From the NCBI GenBank assembly GCA_001949185.1, contig BDGG01000002.1, positions 558,001-622,000 on the forward strand: 64,000 nucleotides of DNA, written 5' to 3'. The notes beneath the pieces were generated by a model, which ran no database searches, was not told where the DNA came from, and saw nothing but the letters and a program-made list of their open reading frames with translations. Of the stretch, positions 61,436 to 64,000 are shown in pieces; the stretch's first letter is position 1, and every line of letters begins with the position of its first letter. Source of the DNA: Ramazzottius varieornatus. Its lineage: Eukaryota; Animalia; Tardigrada. The position numbers and the translations under genes were made by a program.

Positions 61436-63745
61436 CAGTAGAACCTGCGCTACTTCACGCGCGTCACTCGTCGGTTTTCTAAAACTGGCCACTACGTCAA
61501 AACTACTGTTTCTACGTGTGACGTCAGCCAGACTTGCCACAAACTCTACGTCAGCGGATCGTTTTTTAGCACGTTGACTAAGCGATTCGTAATGGAATGA
61601 TCACTTTTTGTTTTTTTGATCTAAGACGCAAGTCAAAACTCAGAAGTAAAAGCGTTGAATGACTTGTCAGGTTGGTCCACCGAAAAACTATCTTAGAAAC
61701 CTGAAACAATTAACATCTTGGTCCTTGTCAGCCACCAGAAGAATTTCTGTTTGGTCCACTTGATGTCGTTCTCCGAGCAGCCACAGTAAGACCGAGTTAG
61801 GGGACACTAACTAGTACTCCAAATCGAACGGGTCGTCTTCATCGTCGAATGTTACTGTCCAGTCACGTTGACTAACTTCTTCGGTAGCTTCGGTGGTCAC
61901 AGTTGGTATCTTTTGACCGATACGACATTGGGCGAAGCAGTTAACGCGGGTTTCGGTAGTAATTGCTTTATCTGCTTCGACTGTCCACAAGCACGCTTCA
62001 AGAAGGGTGACACCCTTGTAGTAATCATCAACGCACTCAAACGTACGAAGTCTGCTGAAGAGATCGCTCGCCATAAGGGTTCTGAAATGGTCTCTGAAGT
62101 TTTTTATGATTCCCGCGTCGAGCGGTTGTGCGTGGGACGTAACATTCGGGGGTAGGAAGTATAGACGGACATTCGATAGGCTCGCAACGTTGTGAGCCTT
62201 GAAATTGCCCAGAATAAGCGCGATGTACCGTTTTTGAAGTATTATGTCGGCGTTCAGTTCTTCAAGGTATTCGGTAAAGATGTCGGTATTCATCCAGGCG
62301 GTCTTATTGTTTTTGTACGCAAAACCCAGGTGCTTAGTACGACCGTCACGTAGTCCGGCTTGTACAAAGGGACGGGGATTTTTAGCTGTACCGATCACTA
62401 GGGGCATTTTACGTTCACCGGTTGTGCTGCACGTCAAGAATACGGTTATTCTGTCTTTCCTCAGTTTGCAGCCTTTCGGTATCGCTTGAGATTTTTTGAC
62501 AAGAGACTTATTGGGTAGTTGGCGATAATTCAAGCCTAGCTCGTCGCAGTTAAAGATGTCTTTGAGTGCGTAGTCCTGCAGGATGGATGGTAGCGTCTCA
62601 TCGTACCACTCTTGCAAACCTTCGAAGTTCGCACTCGCGCCTTCACCTTCGAAAACGCAAAACAAAATAAGTTTGTATTGAGCAATTACATGTGCTTGCA
62701 GGGCTGACTCACAAACCTTGAAGTACTTTGAAGATCAAGTCGTGTCTTTCAAAAAAGCTGGCGAGCCAACCATTGCTTCCTGTGAAATTTTGGATATCAT
62801 TTTCTCGCGCAAACTTCCGCGCCTGAAGCTGTATCAAACGGCCAGTAATGTTGCCACCTTTGTCCAGCGTTTCATCTACGAGTTCAATCATGGCCTTATC
62901 AACCTCGGGAAACTTCAACCTTGTAGGTCTCGTGGCTTCTGGCTTCGTCGTTTCCAGATTCTTTTCTACAGTATCTCTCTTCTTTCTGTAGTTGAGTATG
63001 TTCGTACGATGAGTTCCATACTGATCCCCTATTTATGAAGTAGAGATCCCCATCTATGAAGTAGAGTTTTGGAGGTAACTGATTATTTAGATTGCTTCGC
63101 GAGATCACTGAGAAAGTTAATTGTCAGTAACTTACCCCCCTATCGATGTCAACAAGGATCTGGCGCTTTGTCTCGGCGCTGATATGATGGAACCTCCGAG
63201 TTTCAGGCCTCGAGGATTGAACTGAACGCTTTCTAGTTTTTCCGGATATCCGAGGGACTTTGGCCATTAAGGTGACATGCAGGATACGTGACATGTACGG
63301 GGTATCCAGTTAATATCCGAGCTTTCAATAGTAGTCTCGCACGTTCACTCCGGAAATGACAGCTAGGTTGTCGGATCCATATTCGTGAAAGTCACTCCTG
63401 GCAGTATTGTACAAACCTGCAACAGAAAGCACAGCCCGCAGTTCTCGCGATCACGCTCCGTATCCAGTTCAGATAGTTCCTTGCTCCACCCAGCGACAGC
63501 AATCCAAAACGAACTGTCTAGCTTCGCTATGAACGGTACAAAGAAGTGGAGTTAGCCGAGAATTACTCTGAAGATTGCCCGTTTTGTAAAAGACACGTAG
63601 TTTTTCCGAATTTTGATTCGCGATTGTTGACGTAGAGTTTGTGGCAAGTCTGGCTGACGTCACACGTAGAAACAGTAGTTTTGACGTAGTGGCCAGTTTT
63701 AGAAAACCGACGAGTGACGCGCGTGAAGTAGCGCAGGTTCTACTG
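61436..63745 (-). mobile_element. pogo/Tigger-family DNA transposon with 118-bp TIRs
   Basis: TIRs 61436-61553 and 63628-63745 begin CAGTAGAACC, appear identical by eye, and are flanked by TA. Confidence 0.95.
61811..63267 (-). pseudogene. pogo/Tigger transposase, intron-containing, probably inactive
   Basis: MAKVPR.. exon, FPEVDKAM, FTGSNGWLASFFERH, IFNCDELG, NKTAWMN, LILGNFKAH (second Asp is Gly), QPLDAGII. A 21/22-bp tandem duplication at ~63024-63066 appears to shift the frame. Confidence 0.8.
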
Positions 63746-64000
63746 TACTTGAGGCTGCATAACCCTGATGCCACGGGCATCAGAAGCGTCGATAAAACCT
63801 CCTGGAATCCTCAAGGTTTCAGCTATAGTCCAAATAAAAACCCACAGGCAACCCAAATAACGACATGAAAATCGTAGCTGATCAGATCATGTCTCTGTTA
63901 TGCGATAGCTACGAGGAATTACTGAATTCGGAGGATGTATTGGATCTTACGTCGTCCCACAATCTAGTCAATTTACTGTAGTCCACACGGTATCTACAGC

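Noticed and set aside
61277-63868. Two ORFs beginning MASLADVTRRNSSFDVV on opposite strands
   Set aside because: They are translations of the 118-bp TIRs, not genes.

Overview
Gene-dense, intron-rich eukaryotic (invertebrate metazoan-type) genomic DNA with two 50-N gaps. Spliced genes were reconstructed by hand from GT-AG junctions. In order: a partial Pro/RGG-rich ORF (-), NEMP1 (+), a NIT-domain transmembrane guanylyl-cyclase-like gene (-), a 24.5-kb prominin-like gene (+) whose introns carry MITEs and a pogo/Tigger transposon, a frameshifted alpha-1,3-fucosyltransferase (-), a shugoshin-like gene (-), two Gly-rich secreted-protein genes (-), an RFX factor with two tandem DNA-binding domains (+), an Ig-EGF-TM neuregulin-like gene (-), a divergent Slo/BK-like K+ channel lacking the calcium bowl (+), and a second pogo element with 118-bp TIRs. 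The most striking non-coding signal is a palindromic repeat family, AAGTGGCGCAC-N25-GTGCGCCACTT. Its spacer sequence is highly diverged, yet the spacer is exactly 25 bp in 26 of the 27 units I counted. It occurs at about 17 loci, almost all intronic, roughly every 1.2 kb from 37.8 to 58.8 kb plus one locus in NEMP1, and I saw none in the 3-37.8 kb interval. All family assignments rest on recalled motifs; no database searches were run.
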